Shown here: positions 10,171-19,701 of the stretch, piece by piece
Layout of the letters: every line of letters starts with the position of its first letter
How positions within the stretch are numbered: position 1 is the first letter of the stretch
Assembly: GCA_020741755.1 (NCBI GenBank)
Contig: DYYI01000071.1
Location: 16,394 to 80,393, forward strand
DNA from: Aliicoccus persicus
GTDB lineage: Bacteria > Bacillota > Bacilli > Staphylococcales > Salinicoccaceae
Length of the DNA stretch: 64,000 bases
Direction of reading: 5' to 3'
Notes under the pieces: generated by a model
Seen by the model: only the letters and a program-made list of their open reading frames with translations
Databases searched by the model: none
What the model was told of the DNA's origin: nothing
Position numbers and translations under genes: made by a program

Positions 10171-11073
10171 TTACTTGGTTTCATTTTCACCATTATCATA
10201 CCAATTATTTAGATCGTTTAGAAATGTTTTTATAGCGTTCGCATTTTTAAAATCTGGTACTTTTAAGAGCAATACGTCTCGATTATCCTCAGATGGTTTC
10301 ACATTTTCTAACACCATAATAGATTTCCCACTGTCCTTCGATTTAAAAATTGTTTCTGGAAGTGTTAAAAACATCTTGAGTGAAACATGTTCTTTAATAT
10401 ATGTTTTTATCGTGTCGCTGTGCGATTCTAATATATTTGATGGCACGATGAATACGCCGACACCGCCAGGTTTCACCAGTTGCATACCGCGTTCAAGTAA
10501 GAGTAAATGTGCATAGCTCATCCCCTCTTCAAATGCGGTAACATAACCTTCTACTTCTACCGGGTAATAGCCAATCGGTAAATCACCAATGACAGCATCC
10601 ATGTCATCGATGAACATGTCTTCAAGTGCATTCTGCGGATAAATTTCCATCTTCGTTTTCAAGTATTCACAAAGTGCGACATTGAGCTGTGCTAATGATG
10701 GATCAATTTCAACCCCATGTAAGTTGACCTCATTCAGTTGCTCTTTGACCGTCATCGATAGATGGCCAGAGCCACTCCCGATATCGAGTAAGTTAAATGA
10801 TTCTCTATTATATAGTCCGAGAATATGACTGATTAAGTATCCGATTGAATCGGGTGTCAACTGATGATTCGCTTGGATTTTTTCCTCTTTCGACTGTTTT
10901 AAATAAGCAAACTGAAACGCTTTGCGCATGTCAGTATACGTGGTATCACTTGCATCTACTTCATAAAGAGCTTCTCCAAGTGCATCTAGGCGAGACTCTG
11001 GCATACTTTCCGCCAATCTATCCACTTCATTAATAATAATTTGGTATAAAATTTCTAATTTAGATTGTTCCAT
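10171..11073 (-). CDS. class I SAM-dependent (N6-adenine-type) methyltransferase, YtxK-like
   Basis: 300 aa. Motif I is LLDIGSGSGHL and the motif IV-like sequence is GDLPIGYYP. The position between tpx and ackA matches ytxK. Confidence 0.8.
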   Translation of the reverse strand: MEQSKLEILYQIIINEVDRLAESMPESRLDALGEALYEVDASDTTYTDMRKAFQFAYLKQSKEEKIQANHQLTPDSIGYLISHILGLYNRESFNLLDIGSGSGHLSMTVKEQLNEVNLHGVEIDPSLAQLNVALCEYLKTKMEIYPQNALEDMFIDDMDAVIGDLPIGYYPVEVEGYVTAFEEGMSYAHLLLLERGMQLVKPGGVGVFIVPSNILESHSDTIKTYIKEHVSLKMFLTLPETIFKSKDSGKSIMVLENVKPSEDNRDVLLLKVPDFKNANAIKTFLNDLNNWYDNGENETK

Positions 11074-11080
11074 ATGATCA

Positions 11081-11120
11081 CCTTAAATAATAAATGGCTG
11101 TCCAAGCCTTGGACAGCCAT
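11081..11120 (-). terminator. hairpin terminator after tpx
   Basis: A 13-bp perfect stem, ATGGCTGTCCAAG/CTTGGACAGCCAT, followed on the minus strand by a U-rich tract. It lies about 10-20 nt upstream of the ytxK start. Confidence 0.7.
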
Positions 11121-11136
11121 GAAATATTTCTAATTT

Positions 11137-11631
11137 TTATAGTCCGTTTAAAACGTCTAATGCTTTTTCATAGTCTGGTTCGTTTGTACCTTCAGATACA
11201 TATTCAATATATTGTACTGTATCGTTCTCATCAATGACGAACACACTGCGTGCAAGCAAGCGTAAATTTGGCATTAATACGCCGTATTTATTAGCGAAAT
11301 CTAACAGTTTATGGTCGCTTAATGTGACAACGTTATCTACACCTTCAGCACCACACCATCTCTTTTGAGCGAATGGTAAATCGTTAGAAACTGTTAATAC
11401 CGTCACGTTGTTTTCGCCAGCTGCTTCGTTAAACTTTTTTGTCTGTGTGCTACATACACCTGTATCGAGCGATGGTACAACACTGATCAAACGTTTTTTA
11501 CCTGCATAGTCATTCGATGAAACTTCAGATAAGTCATTCGCAACAGCAGTAAACTCTGGCGCTTTATCACCAACTGATAATGCTGTGCCTTCAAGCTTAA
11601 TAGGATTGCCTTTAAATGTTATTTCTGTCAT
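11137..11631 (-). CDS. tpx: thiol peroxidase
   Basis: It has the SVVPSLDTGVCSTQT active-site block. The start at 11631 (MTEITFKG) lies after GAGGGGGA; the track ORF extends to 11646. Confidence 0.93.
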   Translation of the reverse strand: MTEITFKGNPIKLEGTALSVGDKAPEFTAVANDLSEVSSNDYAGKKRLISVVPSLDTGVCSTQTKKFNEAAGENNVTVLTVSNDLPFAQKRWCGAEGVDNVVTLSDHKLLDFANKYGVLMPNLRLLARSVFVIDENDTVQYIEYVSEGTNEPDYEKALDVLNGL

Positions 11632-11656
11632 TTGAATCCCCCTCAATTTTAAACGC

Positions 11657-12226
11657 TTATATATTTGTTGTACTAGATTCTTGTGAAATTTTCAAGTTAT
11701 CTAACTTTTCTTCAGACGAAGAAATTTCTTTCGATATTTCTTCACGATACGTATCAAATTTTTCATTTACGACGAAAGTATCGGCAAAATAGTCATGGAT
11801 TCCCGTTCTTCTTTCTGTAAAAAGAACAGCCAAATAAGGCAAATAGAATAATGAGTTATTAATAAAACGTCCAATGATTTCACGGTAAATCACTTGAGAC
11901 CACGTCAGTTTACCGCCCGTTTCTGATTTCACTTTAATGCCTGTGACCATCTTGCCAAGTGTCTGATTCAAATAGTATGTCATCAAAACGAAATAGATAA
12001 CCATCAGTACTGCTGAGACAATATTTTCAGTCGATAAGTATGGCACGAACAAATAGCCCTCAGATAGATTCAGTGCATTTAAAAATGGGTAGACGACGAT
12101 TTGAGATAAACCCCAGATCACTGCGATATCTATTAAATAACTCACGACACGCGTGGCAAAATTTGCCGTCGACATAATCACCATTTTTTCATCGTGAGTA
12201 TGTGTTTCAGTTGTCATTTCGTTCAC
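11657..12226 (-). CDS. RDD-family membrane protein (YteJ-like partner of SppA)
   Basis: 189 aa. It has the RDD-type topology (ATRVVSYLIDIAVIWG ... REIIGRFINN). Its start lies 3 nt downstream of the sppA stop codon, as in the B. subtilis sppA-yteJ operon. Confidence 0.75.
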   Translation of the reverse strand: MNEMTTETHTHDEKMVIMSTANFATRVVSYLIDIAVIWGLSQIVVYPFLNALNLSEGYLFVPYLSTENIVSAVLMVIYFVLMTYYLNQTLGKMVTGIKVKSETGGKLTWSQVIYREIIGRFINNSLFYLPYLAVLFTERRTGIHDYFADTFVVNEKFDTYREEISKEISSSEEKLDNLKISQESSTTNI

Positions 12227-12229
12227 CTC

Positions 12230-13228
12230 TTATTCATTGTATAAATACATCGGTCTTGGGTGGACATTCAAATATTGAATGTAATCTAGTTGAGACGCAT
12301 GATCTTCAAACAGTAAGCTGCCGAGCGTTTGTTTGATGCCTGGAATCGGTATACCGAAAAGAGGGTTCGCTTCTGGCATGCCATATTCAATCACTTGAGC
12401 GTTCTCGCCGACCTCTTCTTTAAGTGCTGCTAGTGCATCATCAAAGTTACCAATTTCATCAACAAGACCGTTCTCAATCGCATCTTCCGCCAAGTAAATA
12501 CGACCGTCTGCTAGGTCGCGTACATCTGATTCATCCATATCACGACCTTCAACAATGACCTGTACGAAATCATCATGCATGCTATCTGTTAAATACTGAA
12601 AATATTCATCTTCTTCTTCAGTCATCGGTGTAAACATTGAGCCCATATTTTTCATGTCACCACTTGCCCATGTCGTCTCTTCGATACCTAAGTTATCCAT
12701 CAGCTCTGAAGCGTTAAAACCACTCATAATCACGCCGATAGAGCCCGTCAGTGTTTCTCTAGATGCAAAGATCTTATCCGCTGGAGCAGAGATATAATAT
12801 CCGCCTGATGCAGCCATGTTGCCCATCGTTGAATAAATCGTTTTATCTTGTTCTTTAATTTCTACAAGTAACTTATGTAATTCGGCACTTTCATAAACCC
12901 CACCACCTGGTGAGTCGACATGAAGTAATACCGCACTAATTGAAGCATCATCTCTAATCTCTTTCAGTGCTTCAAGCGTCAATTCATGATTATATCCTAC
13001 AGCCCCAAATGTAGATGCCGGTTGATTCATTATTGCACCTTCAACATTTACGATGGCGACTTTGTTTGTCGGCGCACCCATTTCATATGTGCTTTTTGGT
13101 ACCTCATCTATAAAATCAGTTTGCATAAATCGATCAATGTCAGCGGATAACATCATATTCATGAATGAAAATCCAATTCCGACGAAAAATAACGTTGCTG
13201 CAATAATCAATGCGACAATTCTTTTCAT
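12230..13228 (-). CDS. sppA: signal peptide peptidase SppA (S49 family)
   Basis: It has a signal-anchor (MKRIVALIIAATLFFVGIGF), the S49 blocks VLLHVDSPGGGV and MAASGGYYIS, and GSIGV. The start at 13228 is chosen; the track ORF extends to 13318. Confidence 0.88.
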   Translation of the reverse strand: MKRIVALIIAATLFFVGIGFSFMNMMLSADIDRFMQTDFIDEVPKSTYEMGAPTNKVAIVNVEGAIMNQPASTFGAVGYNHELTLEALKEIRDDASISAVLLHVDSPGGGVYESAELHKLLVEIKEQDKTIYSTMGNMAASGGYYISAPADKIFASRETLTGSIGVIMSGFNASELMDNLGIEETTWASGDMKNMGSMFTPMTEEEDEYFQYLTDSMHDDFVQVIVEGRDMDESDVRDLADGRIYLAEDAIENGLVDEIGNFDDALAALKEEVGENAQVIEYGMPEANPLFGIPIPGIKQTLGSLLFEDHASQLDYIQYLNVHPRPMYLYNE

Positions 13229-13339
13229 TGCGAAAACCCACTCCAATTCTATATTTTCATTTGATTTATGATAACATATTACTTGATTAATACTCATGTA
13301 ATGAGATGCTTCACACACGATAAAAAAGGAGAAATGTGC

Positions 13340-14143
13340 ATGTCAAATTTTAATACTGTTTATATATATGCACCCCACGCAAAAGAACGCGAAGCAGTAA
13401 AGCCGGAACTCGAGACGTTGTTTAATCGTCTAAACATTGAAATCGTAGACGATAAAAAATCTGCAGATATCGTAGCATCGATCGGTGGAGATGGTGCCTT
13501 TCTTAAAGCTGTCAGGGATGTTAACTTCAGAGATGACTGTGTTTATCTCGGCATAGCCACAGCAAACAAGACACACTTCTACGCAGATTTTCATGTCAAT
13601 CATCTCAATGAGTTAGAGGATGCATTTTTAAAAGATAATTTTGACCCAAGACGCTATCCAATTATTGAAGTACGTGTCAACGACAACCAACCGGTCTACT
13701 GTTTAAATGAATTCACCATTCGCTCAAGTATTATAAAGACAATTCGCATGGACATTTATATCAATGATTTTCTATTTGAACAATTTATGGGCGATGGCAT
13801 CGTCGTATCCACACCGACTGGCTCGACGGGGTATAATAAATCACTTGGCGGCGCAGTCGTCGATCCATTGATTCATGCCATTCAAGTCACTGAACTGGCG
13901 AGCGTGAACTCAAATACACACCGTACTCTCGGTACAAGTTTCTTATTACAAAAAGAACGACCGCTCACATTGCTCATTGATAAGAGCGTTGACTATTATC
14001 CGATACTTGCACTTGATAATGAAGCGCTCGGTGTAACAAATACAGATAAGATTGAAATTAAAGTGAGTGATAAGTTTATCCGAACGCTCAGACTTGAGAA
14101 CAATACATTTTGGCATAAGACAAAAAGAAACTTCCTACAGTAA
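13340..14143 (+). CDS. ppnK: NAD kinase
   Basis: It has the GGDG motif (ASIGGDGAFLKA) and the STPTGSTGYNKSLGG block. The ATG at 13340 lies 7 nt after AAGGAGAA; the track ORF starts at 13268. Confidence 0.9.
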   Translation: MSNFNTVYIYAPHAKEREAVKPELETLFNRLNIEIVDDKKSADIVASIGGDGAFLKAVRDVNFRDDCVYLGIATANKTHFYADFHVNHLNELEDAFLKDNFDPRRYPIIEVRVNDNQPVYCLNEFTIRSSIIKTIRMDIYINDFLFEQFMGDGIVVSTPTGSTGYNKSLGGAVVDPLIHAIQVTELASVNSNTHRTLGTSFLLQKERPLTLLIDKSVDYYPILALDNEALGVTNTDKIEIKVSDKFIRTLRLENNTFWHKTKRNFLQ

Positions 14144-14160
14144 CTGTAGGAAGTCTTTTT
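14122..14160. terminator. bidirectional terminator (ppnK / thiI)
   Basis: CTTCCTACAG-TAA-CTGTAGGAAG. The loop is the ppnK stop codon. It is flanked by an A-run and a T-run. Confidence 0.8.
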
Positions 14161-15355
14161 AAAGTAAATCTTCAAATGTTTCTTCTTCTTTTTCGTGTGA
14201 CTCGTAGACGATGATGTTTTTAAATCCTTCTTCGATCAATGGTTCAAAATCTATTTTTTCTTCAAAATGTAGTGTCTTATCTAATCTCGGATTGATTTTT
14301 GGATTTTTCGGCTTAAAAATCGTACAGCAATCTTCATATGGGAGAATCGACGTTTCAAATGTTCCATATTTATTCGCTAATTCAACAATTTCCATTTTTT
14401 CATGGGATAATAGCGGACGAAGAATCGGATAATTTGTCACTTCATTAATCACGTGCATGCTACTCAATGTTTGCGATGCAACTTGTCCGAGATTCTCTCC
14501 ATTTACAATCGCCTGTGCTTCTGTTTTAACAGCCAGTTGCTCAGCAATTCTTAACATCAATCGACGTGTAGTAGTCATCGAATAGTTATCGGGTACATTT
14601 TTATATATCGTCGTTTGAATATCAGTAAACGGATATATGTGCAGTTTTATCTTTGCACCGATACGTTCGGACATAATATCGACGAGACGCTTTACTTTAT
14701 CTGTCGCTTCTTTCGATGTATACGGTGGTGAATGGAAATGGATTGCTTCAATTTCTACACCTTTTTTTGCAACTTCCAAGCCTGCAACAGGCGAATCTAT
14801 CCCGCCTGATAATAAGAGCAACGCTTTACCACCTGTTCCATAAGGCAGACCACCTTGAAGATATTCATGCTCACAATAAACATATACGCGGTCCGTCTTA
14901 ACTTGAATCATAATCGTATGATCGGGTGCTTTTACATTCACATGTAAGTGTTCATTATTTTTCTGAACATATGAACCGACCATCTGTTGAATTTCTCCAG
15001 TATTAAATTCAAATTTTTTATCCTGTCGCTTCACTTCAATTTTGAAGCTCTTACCACTCGGAAACGATGATGCCATATTAGATGCTGTCTTTTTAATAAC
15101 TTCAATATCCCGTTCAATTTTCAAAACTGGAGAGACGCTTAATATGCCACTGATGTAACGGATACGCTCTAAGACAGACTCATATGATTCACCATTTAAA
15201 TCAATCAGAGCAGAGCTATAATCTGTTTTAATTTCAGCATCCGTTCCAGCTAATGCATTTTTTATATTTTTCTTTAATACATTGATGAACATATTTCTAT
15301 TTCTTGTTTTTAACGTAATTTCTCCATATCTTACGAGTACATGATCATATTTCAT
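14159..15355 (-). CDS. thiI: tRNA 4-thiouridine synthase ThiI
   Basis: 398 aa. It has a THUMP-type N-terminus and a PP-loop (LLLSGGIDSPVAG). It overlaps the upstream cysteine desulfurase gene by 4 nt. Confidence 0.93.
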   Translation of the reverse strand: MKYDHVLVRYGEITLKTRNRNMFINVLKKNIKNALAGTDAEIKTDYSSALIDLNGESYESVLERIRYISGILSVSPVLKIERDIEVIKKTASNMASSFPSGKSFKIEVKRQDKKFEFNTGEIQQMVGSYVQKNNEHLHVNVKAPDHTIMIQVKTDRVYVYCEHEYLQGGLPYGTGGKALLLLSGGIDSPVAGLEVAKKGVEIEAIHFHSPPYTSKEATDKVKRLVDIMSERIGAKIKLHIYPFTDIQTTIYKNVPDNYSMTTTRRLMLRIAEQLAVKTEAQAIVNGENLGQVASQTLSSMHVINEVTNYPILRPLLSHEKMEIVELANKYGTFETSILPYEDCCTIFKPKNPKINPRLDKTLHFEEKIDFEPLIEEGFKNIIVYESHEKEEETFEDLL

Positions 15356-16473
15356 TGTAATACCTCACTCACTTCTCTTAGTGCATAATTAATTGCGTCG
15401 ATCAAAGCATCGACATCCGTCTCAGTGTTGTGCATGCCCATCGATATTCGAACACTACCATCGATTGCAATTTGTTCCGTACCAATTGCTAACAACGTTT
15501 CATTCGGTTTGGCATGATTGGAATGACATGCAGATGTAGTTGAAACCGCTACATTCTTGTCACTTAATATATTTACGATAACTTCCCCTTTTACACCGAT
15601 AAAACTCATGTTGATAACGTGCGGGATATCTGATGGTTGCAATCGAATCGAATGATGATTTCTAAACGCATCTAAAACCTTTGATTTAAAACCTTCTAAT
15701 CTCTGTTGTACAGCATCCTTAGATTCTAGTGTTTCTCGAAGTGCCCGCACCATCGCGGCAACACTCGGTAGATTTACTGTCCCACTGCGTAGTCCGTCTT
15801 CATGTCCACCACCATGTAACAATGGTCGTAGAATATTCTTTTGTTTGAAAAGCACAGCACCGACACCTTTAGGACCGTAAAATTTATGACTGCTAATGCT
15901 CAGTGCATCAACACCTTGATAATTGATATTTACTTTACCAATTGCTTGTGTTGCATCGACATGAAAGTATGCTTTTGGATACTGACTTACAATCGAGGCG
16001 ATTTCTTTAATTGGTTGAACGGTGCCGATGATGTTGTTCACGGCCATCACGGAAACAAAGACGACATCATCATTCATTAACGTTTTAAAATTTTCCATAT
16101 CTATATGTCCTTGATCAGTCGCTCGAATATATTTTAAATTGTAATGCTTAAATGTCTTCAATGTGTCGATGACGCTCGGATGTTCAAATGGACTGACCAG
16201 CACAGTATTACCTGAAACTTCTTTTTTAGTCAACATGCTTTTAATTACCAAGTTGTTACCTTCTGTTGCACCGGATGTAAAGACAGATTCATAAGTCGGT
16301 ACACCAAGCATGTTTGTCAATTGACGGCGTGCTGTATCTAATAGTCGTGTGGATTCTTTTCCTCCATCGTGAATGCTCGCAGTATTATAATAATATTTTT
16401 CATTCGTTTTCACCCAAGTATCTAATGCCGGCTGACATATTTGTGTCGTTGCAGCGTTATCAAAATAGTGCAT
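15352..16473 (-). CDS. iscS: cysteine desulfurase (IscS/NifZ type, ThiI partner)
   Basis: The PLP-lysine block is SISSHKFYGPKG and the C-terminal active-site region is TTSACHS. The start at 16473 (MHYFDNAATT) lies after AGGAGTG; the track ORF extends to 16491. Confidence 0.9.
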   Translation of the reverse strand: MHYFDNAATTQICQPALDTWVKTNEKYYYNTASIHDGGKESTRLLDTARRQLTNMLGVPTYESVFTSGATEGNNLVIKSMLTKKEVSGNTVLVSPFEHPSVIDTLKTFKHYNLKYIRATDQGHIDMENFKTLMNDDVVFVSVMAVNNIIGTVQPIKEIASIVSQYPKAYFHVDATQAIGKVNINYQGVDALSISSHKFYGPKGVGAVLFKQKNILRPLLHGGGHEDGLRSGTVNLPSVAAMVRALRETLESKDAVQQRLEGFKSKVLDAFRNHHSIRLQPSDIPHVINMSFIGVKGEVIVNILSDKNVAVSTTSACHSNHAKPNETLLAIGTEQIAIDGSVRISMGMHNTETDVDALIDAINYALREVSEVLQ

Positions 16474-16491
16474 CGTTTCACTCCTAAACAT

Positions 16492-16521
16492 AAGAAAGAC
16501 TTAGGAGTTTGGCCCTAAGTC
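16492..16521 (-). terminator. hairpin terminator after ezrA
   Basis: On the minus strand: GACUUAGG-GCCAAACU-CCUAAGUC, then UUUCUU. It overlaps the ezrA stop codon and ends 18 nt upstream of the iscS start. Confidence 0.65.
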
Positions 16522-18221
16522 TAGTTATTTTCATTCTCAAATGCGTTGATAATTTTATTTACTGCGCCAGGTTCAACTTTCTCTAACGCATCTTGAACAA
16601 TTTCTAACGCACGCTTATAACGGTTATCACTGAACAGACGCTCTGCTTCTTCTAGACGACTGTTAAATGCTTCGTCACTCGTACGGTATCTATTTCCATA
16701 TTGAATCATAAGTTCTGTTAAACCTGCTTCATAAAGTACTTCGTATACTTCTTGCTCGAATTTATTTAAATCTATCATGACATGATTCACTTTGTCTTTG
16801 ATTAACTTGATGTTCATCGGTCGACGTTCAAAGTATTTTACTATCTCAGCAAGGTTTACGTCAAGTTCATGCTTCATGACAACGAAACGCTCTGGAACAC
16901 TCGTTAAATTCGCCATCGATAAATCACGATATATTTGGTCTTTACGCTTCTCAATATATGCACTATTCTCCGTTGCCTCTTGTTCATCTTCACGCAACGT
17001 CACAAAATAATCTTGAATCGCTTCTTGTTCGTCATTAATCTCATCAATATTTACTTTAATGTGTTCAACATTATCGACAAGTCGGCTATAACGTGTAATG
17101 TTTTTCTTTGTTTCAGTTACGATATCATCATATATATCGATAAGGTTTTCTATTTCATTCTCAAATTTATGAACGCTATGCACATCGGCTTCATTGACAT
17201 AAAATTGATCTTTAATATAGTCTATTTCAGTTCTTAAGACGTAGTTCGTATCTTTCGCTTTGAATAGCTTATCTGAAATTTCCTTCTGATACTCCTCAAC
17301 CGTCGCTTTTGCTTTTACTTCATGTTCGACAAGTTCTAACATCTCGTCCATCGCGCCATTGATATCATCAATTTTCTCCTGCGCTTCTTCAAGTTCTAAC
17401 TGTGTAATGAGCGGTTCTATTTCATTGAGTTTGAACTTTAAGTCAGAGAGTGTATTTTCTACTTGAACATGTTCTAAATCATACCCCTGAGACTTTAATT
17501 CACGACACCCAAAGCGAATATCCTGGAATTGATTTGGTAGCTCTTTTTGTACGACACGAATCATATTTGGAATCGCCAACATATTTTCTCTCAAGCTTTC
17601 CAAATCTTCTTTAATATCATTTACATGTTGATTTGCAGTATAGTAGTTTCCATCGTTCGTTTGTTTTTTGTATTCTTTTAACTCTGGTTCAAACGATAAA
17701 ATGAGACGTTCTAACGGTCGTTCTGATTCACCATATTGGTGGCCGTTCGCGAGCACATCGCGCTTGGCCTCACGGAAGAGCTTATCCGATTCTGCATATA
17801 AGCGCTCTGATTGCTTGTGCAGATTCGATAGATTATCGATACCATCGACCATTGAATCAAAATTCTCCTGAACCGTTTTAATTTCACCTTCAGCCACTTG
17901 CATGTTCTCTTTTGCGTCATTAAATTTAAACTGTTCTAACGAAAGTTTAGATTGCTCTAATTTTTCTTCGGCTGAATTACCGTTCACGTCCAGTGAATGA
18001 TGCCAACCATCGATCCATTCATTTGTTTTTTGTTCTGCCTCTCCGTGCATATTGAATTGCTTCATTTTCGCAATTGACTGATCAAATGGCAGGAGTCTAA
18101 CACGTTCTAATTCTGATATTAAGTTCTCTACTTCGTTTTTCTTCATATTTCTTATGTATAATAATATGCCGACAGCAATGATTAAGACGACAATTATTCC
18201 AATTAGAATATATACCCACAT
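16521..18221 (-). CDS. ezrA: septation ring formation regulator EzrA
   Basis: 566 aa. It has a single N-terminal TM segment (MWVYILIGIIVVLIIAVGILLYI) followed by a long coiled-coil. Size and synteny are typical of EzrA. Confidence 0.92.
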   Translation of the reverse strand: MWVYILIGIIVVLIIAVGILLYIRNMKKNEVENLISELERVRLLPFDQSIAKMKQFNMHGEAEQKTNEWIDGWHHSLDVNGNSAEEKLEQSKLSLEQFKFNDAKENMQVAEGEIKTVQENFDSMVDGIDNLSNLHKQSERLYAESDKLFREAKRDVLANGHQYGESERPLERLILSFEPELKEYKKQTNDGNYYTANQHVNDIKEDLESLRENMLAIPNMIRVVQKELPNQFQDIRFGCRELKSQGYDLEHVQVENTLSDLKFKLNEIEPLITQLELEEAQEKIDDINGAMDEMLELVEHEVKAKATVEEYQKEISDKLFKAKDTNYVLRTEIDYIKDQFYVNEADVHSVHKFENEIENLIDIYDDIVTETKKNITRYSRLVDNVEHIKVNIDEINDEQEAIQDYFVTLREDEQEATENSAYIEKRKDQIYRDLSMANLTSVPERFVVMKHELDVNLAEIVKYFERRPMNIKLIKDKVNHVMIDLNKFEQEVYEVLYEAGLTELMIQYGNRYRTSDEAFNSRLEEAERLFSDNRYKRALEIVQDALEKVEPGAVNKIINAFENENN

Positions 18222-18319
18222 GGTCAGATTCCTCCTAACATACTTAAGTATAAACTAAAATATTGAAACTCTAAACATTAAAATGTATAATTTGTTAAAT
18301 ATTTAAATGAGGTGACGCA

Positions 18320-18790
18320 TTGTTTACAGCGACAGAGATAAAAAATTATGAGCAGTTACATCAAATGTTCGATGCATTGTCAAAAGATGAACATAATCAG
18401 ACTTCTATATTAGCAAATGCATCAAGTTTACTGAACTATTTTTTAAAAGATATTAACTGGGTTGGTTTCTATTTGTATAACGAAGAGACAGATCAACTCG
18501 AACTTGGACCATTCCAAGGGTTGCCTGCATGCACGACTATTGCGATTGGCAAAGGTGTCTGTGGTACAGCATATCGTGGTAATGATGTGTTTATCGTTGA
18601 TGATGTGAACGCATTTCCTGGTCACATCGCATGCGATGCAAATAGTAAATCTGAAATTGTCGTTCCTATTTACAAAGATGGTAAGGGCATCGGTGTGCTC
18701 GATATCGATTCCCCGATTTATGATCGATTCACTGAAGAAGACCGTATCGGACTTGTCAAGTTTGTCGATATTTTACTTAAATATCTTTAA
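18320..18790 (+). CDS. GAF domain protein (YtsP / free Met-(R)-sulfoxide reductase-like)
   Basis: 156 aa. It has the WVGFYL ... GKGVCGTA ... HIACD ... SEIVVPI blocks typical of this single-GAF family. It uses a TTG start. Confidence 0.8.
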   Translation: MFTATEIKNYEQLHQMFDALSKDEHNQTSILANASSLLNYFLKDINWVGFYLYNEETDQLELGPFQGLPACTTIAIGKGVCGTAYRGNDVFIVDDVNAFPGHIACDANSKSEIVVPIYKDGKGIGVLDIDSPIYDRFTEEDRIGLVKFVDILLKYL

Positions 18791-18802
18791 TCACTTCACA
18801 CC

Positions 18803-18831
18803 TTGACTTTAACAGATAAAAAGCTTATAAT
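18803..18831 (+). promoter_or_regulatory. consensus sigma-A promoter of rpsD
   Basis: TTGACT (18803..18808), an exact 17-nt spacer, then TATAAT (18826..18831). Confidence 0.8.
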
Positions 18832-18837
18832 TCTATA

Positions 18838-19027
18838 TTGTGTTAATAAACAGAGTAAGTAGCAGTTGATCATTATGAGTGAGTATGTGTTCCCCATATA
18901 TATAAAGAGTTGGTGTGCTGTGTAACCGAAGCTATAAGGCGAAGGCACTTTAGAACATATACGCTGATAAGTGGTAAACACCTTATGATGTTTGTTTCCA
19001 TAAAACAAATATTAAGGAGGAGTCATT
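18838..19027 (+). promoter_or_regulatory. long rpsD 5' leader (candidate S4 autoregulatory leader)
   Basis: About 190 nt of untranslated sequence lies between the consensus promoter and the rpsD AGGAGG/ATG. B. subtilis rpsD is known to be autoregulated through a leader of similar length. I did not verify the structure. Confidence 0.45.
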
Positions 19028-19630
19028 ATGGCTCGTTACAGAGGTTCCATTTGGAAAAAATCTCGTCGTTTAGGTATTTCGTTAACAGGTACAGGTAAAG
19101 AACTCGAAAGACGTCCTTACGTACCAGGTGATCACGGTCCAACTCAGCGTAAAAAATTATCTGAGTATGGTTTACAATTACAAGAGAAACAGCGTTTACG
19201 TTACATGTATGGTATTAACGAACGTCAATTCCGTACAATCTATGACCGCGCTGGTAAAATTAAGGGTGTTCACGGTGAAAACTTCATGATCTTACTCGCA
19301 TCTCGTTTAGATGCCGTTGTTTATGAATTAGGTTTAGCGAGAACACGTCGTCAAGCACGCCAGTTAGTTAACCACGGTCACGTTTTAGTAGACGGTGGAC
19401 GTGTAGATATCCCATCTTACACATTAAAAGCTGGTCAGGTGATCTCACTTCGTGAGAAAAGCCGTAACCTTGATATCGTTAAAGAAGCAATCGAGTATAA
19501 CAACTATGTTCCTGAGTACTTAACTTTCGATGAAGAAAAGTTAGAAGGTACATTCGTACGTCAACCAGAACGTTCAGAGTTATCTGCAGAAATCAACGAA
19601 CAGTTAATCGTTGAGTACTACTCAAGATAA
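19028..19630 (+). CDS. rpsD: 30S ribosomal protein S4
   Basis: 200 aa. It begins [16 protein letters not shown] and contains an S4 domain ([31 protein letters not shown]). Confidence 0.98.
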   Translation: MARYRGSIWKKSRRLGISLTGTGKELERRPYVPGDHGPTQRKKLSEYGLQLQEKQRLRYMYGINERQFRTIYDRAGKIKGVHGENFMILLASRLDAVVYELGLARTRRQARQLVNHGHVLVDGGRVDIPSYTLKAGQVISLREKSRNLDIVKEAIEYNNYVPEYLTFDEEKLEGTFVRQPERSELSAEINEQLIVEYYSR

Positions 19631-19638
19631 TTTGTTAC

Positions 19639-19672
19639 AAAGTCTTGCAGCATTCACGCTGCAAGACTTTTT
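19639..19672 (+). terminator. rpsD intrinsic terminator
   Basis: AAAGTCTTGCAG-cattcacg-CTGCAAGACTTT, followed by TT. Confidence 0.88.
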
Positions 19673-19701
19673 CATTAAATAAATAAAAAGGAGTGCAGCA
19701 T

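Noticed and set aside
13229-13339. Apparent overlap of the long sppA (to 13318) and ppnK (from 13268) ORFs in the track.
   Set aside because: Both are 5' over-extensions. The SD-supported starts are 13228 (MKRIVALII signal anchor) and 13340 (MSNFNTVYIY). That leaves a normal divergent promoter region of about 110 nt.
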